DNA of 64,000 nt, taken from the human T2T-CHM13v2.0 reference genome, Homo sapiens. Position 1 is the stretch's first letter. Every line of letters starts with the position of its first letter. Shown one piece after another: positions 1 through 15,608 of the stretch. The stretch is from NCBI RefSeq assembly GCF_009914755.1, contig NC_060939.1. One strand, written 5' to 3'. The notes under the pieces were generated by a model, which saw nothing but the letters and a program-made list of their open reading frames with translations, was not told where the DNA came from and ran no database searches. The position numbers and the translations under genes were made by a program.

Positions 1-988
1 AAAACTTAAAATTTACAAGAGAAGGCTGTAAATCAAAGATTCAACCACTATAACCAGTCTACTGAGTGACTGTTAATCAGTATTTACTTAAGTTACCACT
101 GAGTGATACTGAAAGAATATTATTTGAAAGTGTAGGATATAATGACTCATTTTTGCTTTCTAATGAGTTATTTTCCTTTTTTGCTGTCCTTCCACGTATA
201 GGTATCTTTCCTTACGTGATTGCTGGTTGCTCCAAATGCTGAATTTTACCATTGTAATATTTAAAAATAGCTAATTTGCTCTAACAGGATTGTAAAAATA
301 TGTATTTTGGGGAGGCAGAGTACTGAACAAATTGTGCTGCTCTCTTTAGCCTCAATCTATATGCCTTCCCTGTTTTCTTTAATGCAAGCATTTTCAGGTT
401 GATATTAATATTAAAAGCTCAAAGAGTCAACAGGATTCAAATATGTCAAATAACAGGAAAGCATTTGCACATATAATATACTCCTTAAAGTTAAGAAGAT
501 CTTCAAATAAATTTATTTAGTAAGAAACACCATGGTAAATATAGCAGGAACCAAAAACATGGTCTTGACAGGAAGAATTCCAATTCTGCAACTACTAGCT
601 ATATGCCCTTGACTTAGAAGAATCATTTTTCCCGAGGCATACTACATCTCGAGTTTTTAAAATAAAGATTCAACATTTACATAAAAAGCCATATTGTAAT
701 AACAAGCATGTAATAGGTTCTTAATAAATGCTACATTAAAACTAAATCTAGTCTAACCCTTTCATTTACAAATTAGGATAAAAAATGACTTGTACAAGGT
801 CACACACTGATTTTTATTTGGCTCCATTATCCAGTTAAAAATGCTATGATTATGTCTGATAATAATGCCTCCACTTTACACTGGGATTTTAATCAAGAAG
901 AATATTTTGTGCCCCAGTCTTACCATTTTGGAACTTCCTCTGTCATAGAAACATTATATATTGTCAGTAAATAAGCTGAATTAAAGGT

Positions 989-1007
989 CAGTGCCCTCTA
1001 GTGCTGA
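989..1007 (-). promoter_or_regulatory. CTCF motif candidate
   Basis: Minus strand TCAGCACTAGAGGGCACTG resembles the CTCF core CCACYAGRKGGCRS. Confidence 0.5.
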
Positions 1008-1401
1008 ACCTTCAGAGGTAGGTGCAGGTTCCAAATACAGGCAAATTTACCTAGTCTACAGAACAGGAAACAATCTCCATAAAAATAATGAAATGAAAAC
1101 ATGAGATAGCTACATGCACAGCGACCCATCTGTAAGGATGACTGTTCTCTCTGGGAGATGAGATTTTAAGCCTTTACTTTCTTTTCAAACATTTAAAAAG
1201 CTTTTAAAACTTTTTGTTATTGTTTAAGTTTTTATAACATATAAAACATTTAAAAAGAAGCTAAAACACAGGGCAAGATAACATCACTGGATTGCACAGT
1301 GGGGAAAACAACTCTTCTTCTCCTACTGCATAGTTTCAGAGGAAGTTACAAACCATGCAGCTTAGTATCTAATGTTACATTAAGAAAAAGTCGTAAAAGT
1401 G

Positions 1402-1679
<278 letters not shown>

Positions 1680-2609
1680 TCAGAGATAAGGCAGATCTTT
1701 AAATTGAGAAAAACAAGAGGATAAATGTGACTTCAATTTTTTGAATGTACTTTAGGTGCCACTAATAGGTGACATGCTATGTATGTACAAGTCTTTTTTT
1801 TTTTAACTGAAAAGCATTAAACCAGCCCATGGTATTAGGTGCTTAAATGATTATAAAAAAGAAAACCAAAATGGAAATGGTTTAGAGAGCTGAAGTTAAA
1901 ATGAGAATTCCATTAAGGTGGCATATCCAGGTAATGGTGCTTAATGGGAAGACTACGGACTATACCAGTGTCTCATATAAATTAATATGAGAACATTTCT
2001 TAAAACTGTAGCTAAAATGGCCTACAGGTATACTTGTAAGACATGACTTATTACTCTTTTCTAGAGTTAAGAGTTTATTAGGGCAGTAAAGGGTTCAGTA
2101 TCCCAAATCTGGTCCAAAAAATAAAGTCGCCAAGTTCAATGTCCTGTAGTCCTCCACTTAAACCCAAGAATCACAGAACTTTTCTTATCACAAAAGGCAA
2201 AACAATTCGAAAACCAATTTGATAGTTAATATTAAAATTCTCTTCCACAAGGCAGTAATAGAACCAAAGGAAAGAAAATCCAGCCTAAAAGCATTTCAAT
2301 CTATAAAGGAGAAGGCTATCTAAGGAGATCAAAAAATTACGAAGTAATCTCCTCAATGTTCAAATGATGCTCTAGAGAGGAAGATACCAAAACTGATATA
2401 TTTTTAAAGATAGAAGAGTTATTAGTGGAAATAGGTAAAATAATTTATTAAGGATATAGTTAGATACGTCTAGATTTTTCATTTTCCTTCCTGTGCCTAA
2501 AGCATAATTCTATGTAGGAATGTCTGGTAGTAGTCTCTTTTTGGGCTACTTCAAAGCAATGTATGGATAAGAAATCATTTGTTTTTTGGCCAAAAGTTTA
2601 AAAAACACT

Positions 2610-2992
<383 letters not shown>

Positions 2993-3052
2993 CTAGATAA
3001 TCAGGCTTAGTCTCTGAAACCTATCACTTCGCGGGAGAAGTGCCTACAGTCT

Positions 3053-3337
3053 CACTATCCAATAGAAATATAATACAAACCATAGAAATCTTAAATTACC
3101 TAGTACATTAAGAAGTAAAAAACAGATATTACATTTAGTAAAATATTTTAGTGTGTCAAAATATTAACATTTTGATATGCAATGAATATAAATATTGAGG
3201 TACTTAAGATCTTTTTCATACTAAGTCTTTGAAATCCAATGTGTATTTTATACTTACAACACATCTCAATTTGATTTAGCCACATTTCAAGTATTCAACA
3301 GCCACATGCAACTAGTGGCTACTGTACTGGACAGTGT
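3053..3337 (+). mobile_element. MER33 (hAT-Charlie non-autonomous DNA transposon)
   Basis: CCAATAGAAATATAAT start and ...TAGCCACATTTCAAG...CTAGTGGCTACTGTACTGGACAG end match the recalled MER33 consensus. Confidence 0.8.
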
Positions 3338-3382
3338 ATGTCTATGGCACAGCATGTCTCATGAGCTATACTTAAAAGTTTG

Positions 3383-3690
<308 letters not shown>

Positions 3691-4324
3691 TATAATGACT
3701 GTCTCAGAGGTGAGCATACAGAGACAAAAGAGGTCATCTGTTATTCTGACAGGGCTTACATCCAAAATGTACATAAAACTGCCAATCTCTTGGGTAGAGT
3801 GCCATCAATCATGATACATGCAGATTAATTCCTTTCTAGATTTTACTAGGACAGCAAAGTGATCAGTATCTCAATATCTGCCCTCCCCCCACCAAAAAAA
3901 AGTGACTAAGCTAATATCTTATTGCTCTTCACTTAAAACCAAGAATCACAGGCACAGATCATAAGGCATTTATGTATTACAGTCAGTAAGGGATTATAAT
4001 AGAACATGGGCAGGAGTAAGTTGTCAAGTATAAAAGGTATCTGAAAACGTGAGAAGCCAACCATATGACAACCTGGAACAGATAGAAAACTGCAAAGTTA
4101 GTACAGATTAGTGACATATTGCCCGTATTCTAGAAGTACACTTTGCGAAGACACTTCTTCCTAATATCTGTAGGTAACCCACAGAGAAAGTGGCTAATGT
4201 TCAGGTAAATTTAGGAATTGCTGGGTTAAATAAAATGAGCCAGGATTTTAATATTGTTTAAAATTGGATTTTAATTTAAGGATTAAGTTCCCCTATCCTT
4301 ATAATACAAGACTGATCATGAAAC

Positions 4325-4875
4325 TCTCAGAGATGTGTGAACCAGAGCAACTCCATCTTAAATAGGAGCTGGGTAAAATGAGGCTGAAACCTACTGGGCT
4401 GCATTCCCAGACATTAAGGCATTCTAAGTCACAGTATGAGATGGGAGGTCAGCACAAGATACAGGTCATAAAGACCTTGCTGATAAAACAGTGTGCAGTA
4501 AAGAAGCCGGCCAAAACCCACCAAAACCAAAATGGCCACGAGAGTGACCTCTGGTCATCCTCACTGCCACACTCCCACCCACACCATGACAGTTTACAAA
4601 TGCCACGGCAATGTCAGGAAGTTACCCTATATGGTCTAAAAAGGGAAGCATGAATAATCCACCCCTTATTTAGCATATCATCAAGAAATAACCACAAATA
4701 TAGGCAACCAGCAGTCCTCAGGGCGTCTCTGTCTATACAGAAGCTATTATTTCATTCCTTTACTTTCTTAATAAACTTGCTTTCACTTTACTCTATGGTC
4801 CTGCCCTGAATTATTTCTTGCATTTAATCCAATAACCCTCTCTTGGGGTCTGATTGGGACCTCTTTTCTGTAACA
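4325..4875 (+). mobile_element. MER41A solo LTR (ERV1)
   Basis: GAACCAGAGCAACTCCATCTT...CTCTCTTGGGGTCTG...TGTAACA. 4-bp TSD AAAC at 4321-4324 and 4876-4879. Lacks the tandem GAS insert of MER41B. Confidence 0.9.
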
Positions 4876-4880
4876 AAACC

Positions 4881-5179
<299 letters not shown>

Positions 5180-6172
5180 TGATCACGAACCTTAATATGC
5201 TAACATACGTTGTATCTATTTGAGAGTGGGTTGAAGAGCTATCCTATACATCATTTCCCAAACTAATGAAAAAAACACTTTATTTTCATGGATCATCTTG
5301 AGAAACTATTAGACCATGTTGGGGAATGCTGATTTAAAAGCACAGGTAAGGCTACTCCTACAAACCCAGGGAAAATCATTGCCAGAGTATTTGTAAGCAA
5401 TATGAGAATATTGTAGGCTAAAGCTTTGAGGGTCTAGATCCTTACAATATTTTAATGTAAAGTCTAATAACTAAATGATCAGGAACACCTTTTTGATTTG
5501 ATCAAAACCAAAAGGTAATGATCTATGGAGCTATACTATCTACCCATACCTACATTCAAGTAATAATGGCAATGGAATATAGTATGAGTGTAATTAAAAT
5601 CTTACCCCAAATAATCTTATTTTAGTCTTATGCTCTTAAGACCAAAAAAGGAACTTAATGAAATCAAATGCGAGTCAGGGTCATGCACCTTACTCTAAAC
5701 CTGCTACAGTTCAAACTAGGCGTGCTCAATAATCTGTGAACCTCAAAGCACAAAGTTTAAAGAAGTAACTGACCAATGAGAATAAGTAGTATACACAGAA
5801 ACATCTAAAACGATCATATTGTCTAGAACCAAAAGGCACCTGAATGCCTATAAAGGCATCTATTAAGACAATAAAGGCAAAAGAAGAGTATTTTCCCCTA
5901 AGAAAGAAGAGTTTTCTATGGCTTGTGGAGAGCATTTCAAAAATTTAAGACAAAGCACATACTCCAAAAAATATTGTCTAATTTCTCCAAATCCCTAGTC
6001 TGAATTAAATGCTCTTTCTACATCACCAAAGGAGAGAGAACATAAAATGAAGTTGTGAGTAACACTTTAGTTTTCAGAGCAGATAGCTGTAATTGCCAGT
6101 AGCAGGAAACTCAAGTTTTGCCAATTCCAGTGGGTAGGAAAAGGCTGTCTTAATTTGCCTTTCCCTGAGAAC

Positions 6173-6192
6173 TAACAAGTCTGAACAAGTTT
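6173..6192. promoter_or_regulatory. p53 response element candidate
   Basis: TAACAAGTCT GAACAAGTTT matches (RRRCWWGYYY)x2 at 19/20 with no spacer. Confidence 0.55.
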
Positions 6193-6727
6193 CTCTAGGT
6201 TTTTGAACACATTTCCTTTCCATGAAATGCCTGATTATGCTTTTTGCCCAAATTTTGTTTCTCTCTTAGAAATCTGTAAAATGTCTTTATCTCAAATACT
6301 AACCTTCTTTCAGTTATATTGCAACTATCTTCTCTCACTTCTCCTCCCAGAGTGATTTTACCCTTTCACTCTCATTATGTTGACACAAGTTTGACTAACA
6401 AAACTTTAAAATTGAATGTAAATGCCCAGATGTTTTCACTAGAGATTTCTACTAAACATTTAAGAACTAACACCAATTCTACACATTCCTTTACAGAAAA
6501 CAGAAGATGAGAGAAAACTTCCCAATTCATTTTATGAAGCTAGTCACTACCCTGCTATTAGCAGAGGGACAGAAACATATATTAGTGAAGCATGACTAAG
6601 AACCTGGAAATAAACTCACTCAAATATGCTCAAGTGAGTTTTGACAGAAGTGAAAGTTATTAAATGGAGGAAAGACAGCTTTTCCAACAAATGGTGCTAA
6701 AGCAATCAGACACTCACAGGTTAAAAA

Positions 6728-8335
6728 AAGAGATACCACCCCACATCCATTAGGATAGCTACTATTAAAAATAAAAATTATATAAAAACCCAGAAAATTA
6801 ACAAGTGTTAGTAAAGATGTGAAGAAAGTGGAATCCTTGTGTACTGCTGGTAGGGATGGAAAATGGTGTAGCTGTTATGGAAAACAGTATGGTGGTTCAT
6901 CAAAATATTAAAATTACCATATGATCCAGCAGTTCCACTTCTGAGTATGTATCAAAAAGAATAAATGCACAGACTAGAACAGACCTTTGTACACTAATGT
7001 TGAGAGCAGCACTATTCACAATAACCAAAAAGTGGAAGCAATGCATGTGTCTATTGATGGATAAATGGACAAAAAAAAATGATACACATATACAATAGAA
7101 TATTATTCATCAGACATAAAAAAGAAAAACATTGTGATGCATGCTACAATATAAATGAATCTTGAAGACATTATGCTAAGTAAAATAAGCCAGTCACAGA
7201 AAAACAATAACAAATGCTGGCAAGGATGGGGAGAAAAGAGAAACCACATACACTGTTAGGGGGACACAGTGGCTGGTGCACAATCATGATGGAGAATAGT
7301 TTGGAGGCTCCTCAAAAAACTAAAAATAGAGATTCCATATTATCCAGCAATCCCACTGCTAGCTATATAGCCCAAAGAAAGGAATCAGTATGTCAAAGAG
7401 ATATCTGCACTCCCATGTTTACTGCAGCACTATTAACAATGGTCAAGATATGGAATCAACCTAAGTGTCCATCAACAGATGAATGGATAATGTGGTACAT
7501 ATACACAATGGAGTATTATTCAGCCATAAAAAAGAACAACATCCTGTCATTGCAGTAATATAGATGGAACTAGAGGTCATTATTTTAAGTGAAATAAGCC
7601 ATGTACAGAAAAAAAAAACAGTACATGTTCTCACTTACTTGTGGAAGGTAAAAATTAAAACAACTGAATTCATGGGGAGAAAGTGAGAGAGAGAGAAGAA
7701 GGATGGCTACCAGAGGCTTGAAGGTTGGGGTTGGGGGTGGGGTGTGGGGAAGTGGGGATGGTTAATAGTTACAAAAAAAAAATAGAATAAGACCTAGCAT
7801 TTGCTAGCACAACAGGGTGATTACAGTAAAAAATAACTGAACATTTAAAAATCACTAAAGTATGACTGGGCTGTATGTAACACAAAGGATAAATGCATGA
7901 GATGATGGATACCCCATTTACTCTGATGTGATTATTACACTTTGCATTCCTGTATCAAAATATCTCATGTTACCCATAAATACATACATGTACTATTAAA
8001 ATAACTATGTCAAATTAAAAATTAAAAAAGACCCCAAACTAGACAAACACTGTAAGATTTCACTTTCATGAGGTACCTAGAGTAGTGAAATTCTGAGATA
8101 GAAAGTAGAACTGTGGGTATCAGAGACTAGAAGGAGGAGGAAATGGGGGGGTATTGTTTAATGGGTACAGAGTTTCAATTCTGCAAGATGAAAAGAGTTC
8201 TGTGGATGGCTAGTGTTGATGGCTACAATCAATGTGACTGTACTTAATGCTACTGAACTGTTCTCTTAAAAATGACTAAAGTGGTAAATTTTATCTTAGT
8301 TGCATTTTACTATAATTAAAACAAATTTTTAAAAA
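6728..8335 (+). mobile_element. L1MB-like 3' end, itself split by an L1MA-like 3' end (about 7205-8030)
   Basis: ...AAATAAGCCAGTCACA (about 7198) resumes at GACAAACACTGTAAGATT...GAGGTACCTAGAGTAGT (about 8042). The intervening segment carries an L1 ORF2 C-terminal remnant (ORF 7214-7558) and an L1MA-type 3' UTR. Confidence 0.75.
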
Positions 8336-8579
8336 ATTAACATCAAGCTAAGCCTCATACCTTACAGAAAAATTAACTCAAAATGGATCACAGACTTAAA
8401 TGTAAAACATAGAAATACAAAACATTTGAGAAAAAAAGCAATAAACTCTTTCAGATCTAGGGCAAAGCAAAGTTCTTAGACTTGGCACCAAACATATTAT
8501 CCATAGAAAGAAAAACTGATAAATTGGACTTGTGCTCTACAAAAGACTGTTAAGCAGATTAATTTTTTAAAAAGAGCTA

Positions 8580-11500
8580 GGACTTCTGGTTTCTGGTCCA
8601 GCATGTAAGAAGCTGTAAGTCAACACTAAGCCCTACAAGATAAAAAGCCGAAAAAAACTGAAAAATCAACAACTCTTCTTAGGATTTGTCAGAGTGGTAA
8701 GGTCAGGGGTCAAATCACAAACCCCCCAAATGGGAAAGACCAATAGGAAAATGCAGAGAATTGTAGCTTGCTGGAGCAGAAACCCACAAGCCACAAACCT
8801 GCATGAGAATCTGTACCAAAGGAGGTAAACAAACTATAACTGATGAATTACAAGAGGCTCAGAATGAACAAGTCTGAGATAAACTCCAGGGAAATCCAGT
8901 AATCAAGCATCTCCACACTTTTACCTCCAAGAGCTTGACCAGGTTTTCCCAGTGAATATTTAAGAAAAACCTCCTCTGAATATTGGAGATAACTTTCATG
9001 CCTTAGACAAGGGAAGGAGAAAAGGAATCATTGTGAAATATGCCAAAGCATTCTGTTCCTAATAACGCTACCCTCAGGAGAAATTAAATCAACCAGAGCC
9101 TATCCTGCTGGAGCTTCATCAGAGCATAACTGACCAGGGCAAAAGGCAAAACCCAACTCCAGACCAGTCTAGCCATCCTGTTCCAAGTAAGGGGGCACTG
9201 GAGAGACTGAGAAGCACTTGTGAAGTTTACAGGGCAGAGGTACAGGCTTTCCAAAAGACTGAGACCTCAAGATAACATTATAGAATGCTCCCCCACATAC
9301 CTTACTACCACATTACTAAAGGCCTATTTACAGCAGATCCTTTTATTCAGTAACTCGCACCTGGTTATTAAGAAAAAGTTATAAGGCAGTAAAAGGCAAA
9401 ATCCAGTTTCAAGAGCACAGCAAACAGCAAAAACATAGTCCAATGTGGCAGGGATGTTGCAATTATCAGACCAGGAATTTAAAATGATTATGATTAAGAT
9501 GCTAAGGGTTCTAATGGATAAAGTACACAGACTGCAAGAACAGATGGGCAATATAAATAAATAGAAATTATAAGAACTAAAAAGAAATGTCAAGAGATTA
9601 GAAACACTACCAGAAATGTTTGATGGACTTAATGGTAGGCTGGACACAGCTGAGGTTAGAATCTCAGCTTGAGGTTTAACTTGGTAGAAACCACCAAATT
9701 TGAAAAGCAAGGAGAAAAAAGACTGAAAAAACAAAAGAAAACAAAACCCAGAACAGAGTATCCAAGAACTGTGGGATAACTACAAAGGGTGTAACATATG
9801 TGTAATGGAAATTCCAGAAGGATAGGAAAAAGAGTAATACATGAAATTTCTGAAACAATAATGACAAAAGAATTTCCCCAAACTAATGTCAGACACCAAA
9901 CCACAGATCTAGGAAGCTCAGAGAACGTCAACCAACATAAATGTCAAAAGCAAAACAAAACAAACAAAAAAACTATACTTAGGCATATAATTCTCAAAAC
10001 TACAGAAAATCAAAGATAGTGAAAAAATCTTGAAAGAAGCTAGAGGAAAAACATACCATACCTATACAGGAGCCAAGATAAGAATTATATCTGATTCTCA
10101 TAAACCATGCAAGAAGGAGAGTGGAGTGAAACACTCGAGAGTGTCAAGAGAAAAAAAAAAAACCCAACCTAGAATACTAACACCTGCAAAATGTTCTTTC
10201 AAAAGTGAAGAAGAAATATTTTCTCACAAAAACAAAAATCGAGGGAATTTGTTGCCAGTAGACTTGCCTTGCAAGAACTGTAAAAGGAATTCTTTAGAGA
10301 GAAGGAAAATAATAAAGGTCAAAATGCAAATCTGTGTAAATAAGGAAAAAGCATCAGAGAAGGAAAAAGTGCAGGTAAAATCAAGTTTTAAATGTTTCTT
10401 ATTTTTAATTGATCCAACAGATAATTTGTTCAAAACAATCACAGGAACAATGTACTGAATTATGTATGCTCTTATACAGACACATATGCTTCTATATAAA
10501 CAAAATTAATGACAGTAGTAATATAAGAAACCAGAGGCAGGAATTAGGATTATTTTGTTATTATAATGTATTCACAGTACCTGTGAAGCAGTATGACGTT
10601 AACTAAAAGTGGACCTGGATTAGTTGTAAATGTATACTGAAAACTCTAGGGCAAACACTAAAAAACGCAAAGAAAGAAATATAACTAGTATGCCAATAAA
10701 AGAGATAAAATAGAATCAAATAAAATGCTCAATCAAAACCACAAAAGGCAAAACAAAAAAGAGAGGAAGACAAAAATAAAAACAAAGAACAAGGACGATA
10801 AATAGAAAATAACAAATATGATAAATATTAATCCAACTATATAAATAATTACTTTGAATGTCAATGGTCTAAATGCACCAATTGAAAGACACCACTGTCA
10901 GAGTGGATCAAGAAATAAGACCCAATTATATGTCGTCTACAAAAGCCAACTTTATTAAATACAAGGATACATACAGATTAAAAGTATATGGATGGAAAAA
11001 GATATGTCATGCTAATACTAGTCAAAAGAAAGTAGGAGTTAACATATTAATTTCAGATAAGGCAGGCTTCAAAGCAAGGGGAGCATTACATAGTGATAAA
11101 TAGGTGAATGCTTCAAGAAGACGTAACAATCCTAAATGTATATGAACCTAATAATATAACTTCAAAGTATGTAAGGCAAAAACAGAGAACTGCAAGGAGA
11201 AACAGAATAGACTATTACACTTGAAGAGTTCTGAAGAGTTCAATATCCCTCTATCTGAAATGAACAGGTCCAACTGGTATGAAATCAGGAAGGACAGAGT
11301 TGAACTCAACACCACCACCAATGGGATATAAAGGACTTTTATAGAGCACTTCATCCAAAAACAGCACATTCTTCTCAAGCTCACATGGAACATTCACCAA
11401 GACAGATCATATTCTGGGCATTAAAACACATCTTAACAAATTTTTTTAAAAATAGAAATTATAGAGTATCTCCCCTCAGACCACAGAGGAATTAAATCAT

Positions 11501-13555
11501 AAACAAAGATTGCTGAAAAATTCCAAAATACGTGGAAATTAAACAATGCACTTCTAAATAACGCGTAAGTCAAAGAAGAAATTTTGAGAGAAATTGTAAA
11601 ATACTTTAATTCAAATGAAAACGCAACATGTCAAAATTTGTGAGAAACAACAAAAGCAGTACTTAGAAAGAAATTTATAGCACTGAATACATATATTAGA
11701 AAAGAAGACCTAAAATCAATAACCTAAGCTTCCATCGTAGGAAACTAGGAAAAGAAGGCTTAAAAAAGAAAAAGATACACAGATTACTAATGCTGGAAAT
11801 CAAAGATGGGACATCACTACAGATCCCCTGGCATTAAAAAGATAATAAAGGAATTACATGAACAATTCTATGCCAACAAATGTAATAACATACATTAAAT
11901 GAACTAGTTCCTGGGTGACACAATCTGCAAAATCAGAAAAGAAATAGAAAATGTGAAAAGGGCTATAGCTGTTAAAGAAAATGAATCAATAATTAATAAT
12001 CTTTCCAAACCAAAAGCAAAGGGTCTGGATGGGTTCACTGGTAAGTTCTACCAAACATTTAAAAAAGAAAGTATATCAATCCTCTACAGTCCTTTTCAGA
12101 AGAGTCACAGAAATATAGCCAACTGATCTTTGACACAGGAGCAAAGGCAATACAACAAAGAAAAAACAGTCTTTTCAACAAATAGTGCTAGAAGTGAATA
12201 TCCATATGCAAAAACAAAACAAACAAAAACACTAGAGACAGATCATACACTCATCACAAAAATTAACTCAAATGGATTACAGACCTACATGTAAAATGCA
12301 AAACTTTATCCTAGAACACAACATAGAAGAAAAACTAGATGACCTTGTGTTTGTGACTTTTTAGATATAACACCAAATGCACTATCCATAAAAGAAAGCA
12401 TTGATGAGCTGGACTTCATTACAATTAAAAATTTCTGTTTTGCAGAAGACACTGCCAAGAGAAAAGAAAGTTGAGCTACAGATGGAGAAAAAAATATTTA
12501 CAAAAGACACATCAGATAAAAGACTTACCCAAAATACAGAAAGATTCTTATAATCAACCCCATTAAAAAATGGGACAAAGACCTGAATAGATACTTCACC
12601 GAAGATGTACAGATGGCAAATAAGCACATGAAGAGATGCTCCATATCATGAGTCATCAGGAAAATGCAAACTAAAACACCAATGAGATACTAAACATACC
12701 TATTAAAATGGCCAAAATCCAAAATACTGACACCACCAAATCCTGACAAGGATGTGGATCAACCAGAGCTCGCATTCACTGCTGGTGGGGATGCAAAATG
12801 GAAGACATTTTGGCAGTTTCTCACAAAACTAAATAGATTCCTACCCTATGACCCAGCAATTGCACTTCATGAAATTTACTCAAAGGAGAAAAAAATACAT
12901 TCATACGAAAACTGGTACACGTTTTTAGTAGATTTATTTGCAACAGTCAAAATTTGGAAGCAACACAAATGTCATCGGTAGGTGAATGGATAAACAGTGG
13001 TATATCTATTAATGGAATATGATTCAGTGCTAAAAAGAAATTAGCTATACAAGACATGAAAAGACATCAAAGAAACTGAAATGTATACTACACTAAGTGA
13101 AAGAAGCAAATATAAAAAGGGTACATACTGTGTGATTACAACTATTGACATGCAGGGAAAAAGCAAAACTACAGAGACAGTACAAAGATCAGTGGTTGCC
13201 AAGGGTTAGAGGGGAGGGAAGAATGTATAGTCAGAGCACAGAGGACTTTTAGGGTAGTAAGCCTACTCTTTATGATACTTTAATGGTGGATACATGTCAT
13301 TATATATCTGACCAAACCCATAGAATGTGTAACACCCGGAGTGAAGCTTAATGTAAATTATGGACTGTGGGTAATACTGTGTCAATGAAGGTAAACCAGT
13401 TTTAACAACTGTACCACTCTAATGTAGGATGTTGATAATGGGGAGGCTATGCATGTTGAGGGCAGAGAATGTATGGGAAATTCTGTATCTTCTGGTTCTT
13501 CTTTTGTGTGAATCTGAAACTGCTCTAAGAAATAAAGTTTATTTTTTAAAAAAAG
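8580..13555 (+). mobile_element. L1MC (L1MC1/2-like) with 5' region, ORF1 and internally deleted ORF2
   Basis: Decayed ORF1 (about 9440-10330, e.g. ETIMTKEFP...LRHIILK), endonuclease remnant (10873-11103 WKKICHANTSQKKVGV), L1MC-type 3' UTR and AATAAA near 13531. Confidence 0.75.
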
Positions 13556-15294
13556 TTAATTAAAGAAGACAAGCTTTAGTGTAAAAAAACATTTCATACG
13601 TATATCCAACAAAGAAATATGTTAAAAATAGAGTATGTTAAAAATACTCTCAAAACTCAACAGCAAAAAAAGCAATCAAATTAGAATGTATGCAAAATAC
13701 TTGAAAAAATATATCACCAAAGAGTATACACAAATAGTACAGATGTTTGTATAAATGGTAAACAACACATGAAAAGATATTTAACATCATTAGCCATTAG
13801 GGAAATACAAATACAACCACAATGAGATATCACTGTATACTATATACCTATAAGAACAGCTATTAGAGAGTGTCAATGCCAAATACTGGCAAGGATATTG
13901 AAAAACTGGATCACTCAGACATTGTCTGTGGGAATGTAACATGGTACAGACATTCTGGAAAAGTTTTGCTATCCTTTAGGAAATTAAACTTGCAACTACC
14001 ATATGACCAAGCAATTGTACTCCTTGGTACAGTACATTTGTACATTTCTCCATTTATCCCAGAGAAATGCAGATTATGTTCACATAAAAACCTGTACATA
14101 AATGTCTACAGCAGCTTTACTCATAAGGGCCCAAAACTGGAATCAATCCATATATCCTACAATGGGAGAATGGTTAAACTGTGATATATCCATATCATGA
14201 AGTACTATTCCATAATAAAGAGGAATAAATTATTGATAGCTAGAACAATCTGGATGAACACCCAGTGAATTATGCTGAGTGAAAAAAGCCCATCCCAAAA
14301 GATGACTTATGATCCTATCTACATAACATTCTTGAAGTGACAAAAGCTTTAGAAATGGGGGAACAGATTAGTGACTGCCAATAGTTGAGGGTGAAAGGTA
14401 AGAAGTGGGTAGGGATATAGAAGGATACCATGAGGGATATTTGCAGTGACAAAAACGTTTTGTCTTGACCGTATCAATGTTTTGGTTGTGACAGTGTATG
14501 ACGCTACAGATTTGCAAGATGACACCACTGGGGGACTGGGTAATAAAGGGTACACATGATCTCTCTTTATATTATTTCTTATGACTAGATGTGAACCAAC
14601 AATTATCCCAAAATAAAAAGTTCAATTAGAAAAAATTAAACATACATATGTAATCATTTCCTTCCTGATATGTGCATTTGTATCCCTCCCTACTCTAAAA
14701 CTATCTTTTGTCCTGTAAAAACAAGTATATATTTTATTCTAGTATTTTTTAAGATTTTCTTTTACAATCTTTGTCACCTACAATTGATTGTGGATCAAGG
14801 GGTAAACTTGGATCCATTTCACTTTTTTTCTATATTGATAGCCCGTGATCTTAGCACCATTATATAGCCCATTGCTGCCATTATCTGAAAGCTCACCTCT
14901 GTCTTATATCAAGTATCCATCATGCATGAGTTTTTTTCTAGGCTCAATTCTTTTCCCTCATCTCCAGTTATTTAACCATGTGCAAATACCAAACCGCCAT
15001 AAATACTGTAATTATAGTAACTCTTGGCATTTGGTATGGCAAGTTCCTAACTTTGTCCTTCTTCTTTAGGAGCACTTTGGCTATTCTAGGCCATTTTTTC
15101 TTCCACCAAAAGCTTAAAATCAGACTGTCAGGTTTTTTGAAAAATATTTTGATTAAAATTTCATTGAATTTATAAATATATTAAGAAATAAAAAATCTGC
15201 GATATTTATTTCAATGAACATGGAACATGTCTCCATTTATTTATGCCTACATTATTGAAAATCTTTCAATAAGGTTTTAAAATCTCCTATAATA

Positions 15295-15608
<314 letters not shown>

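Larger units (their letters stand above)
6420..14640 (+). mobile_element. Old L1 (L1MD-like) host element split by younger L1 insertions
   Basis: ORF2-derived pieces at 6420-6720, 8335-8570 and 13560-14200 join collinearly. L1MD-type 3' UTR ends near 14640. Confidence 0.7.

Noticed and set aside
4378-4653. MER41 as an interferon-gamma (STAT1) enhancer, and its 91-aa ORF
   Set aside because: This is the MER41A form lacking the tandem GAS segment, its X-box-like ATGCCATGGCAAC is decayed to ATGCCACGGCAAT, and the ORF is LTR noise.
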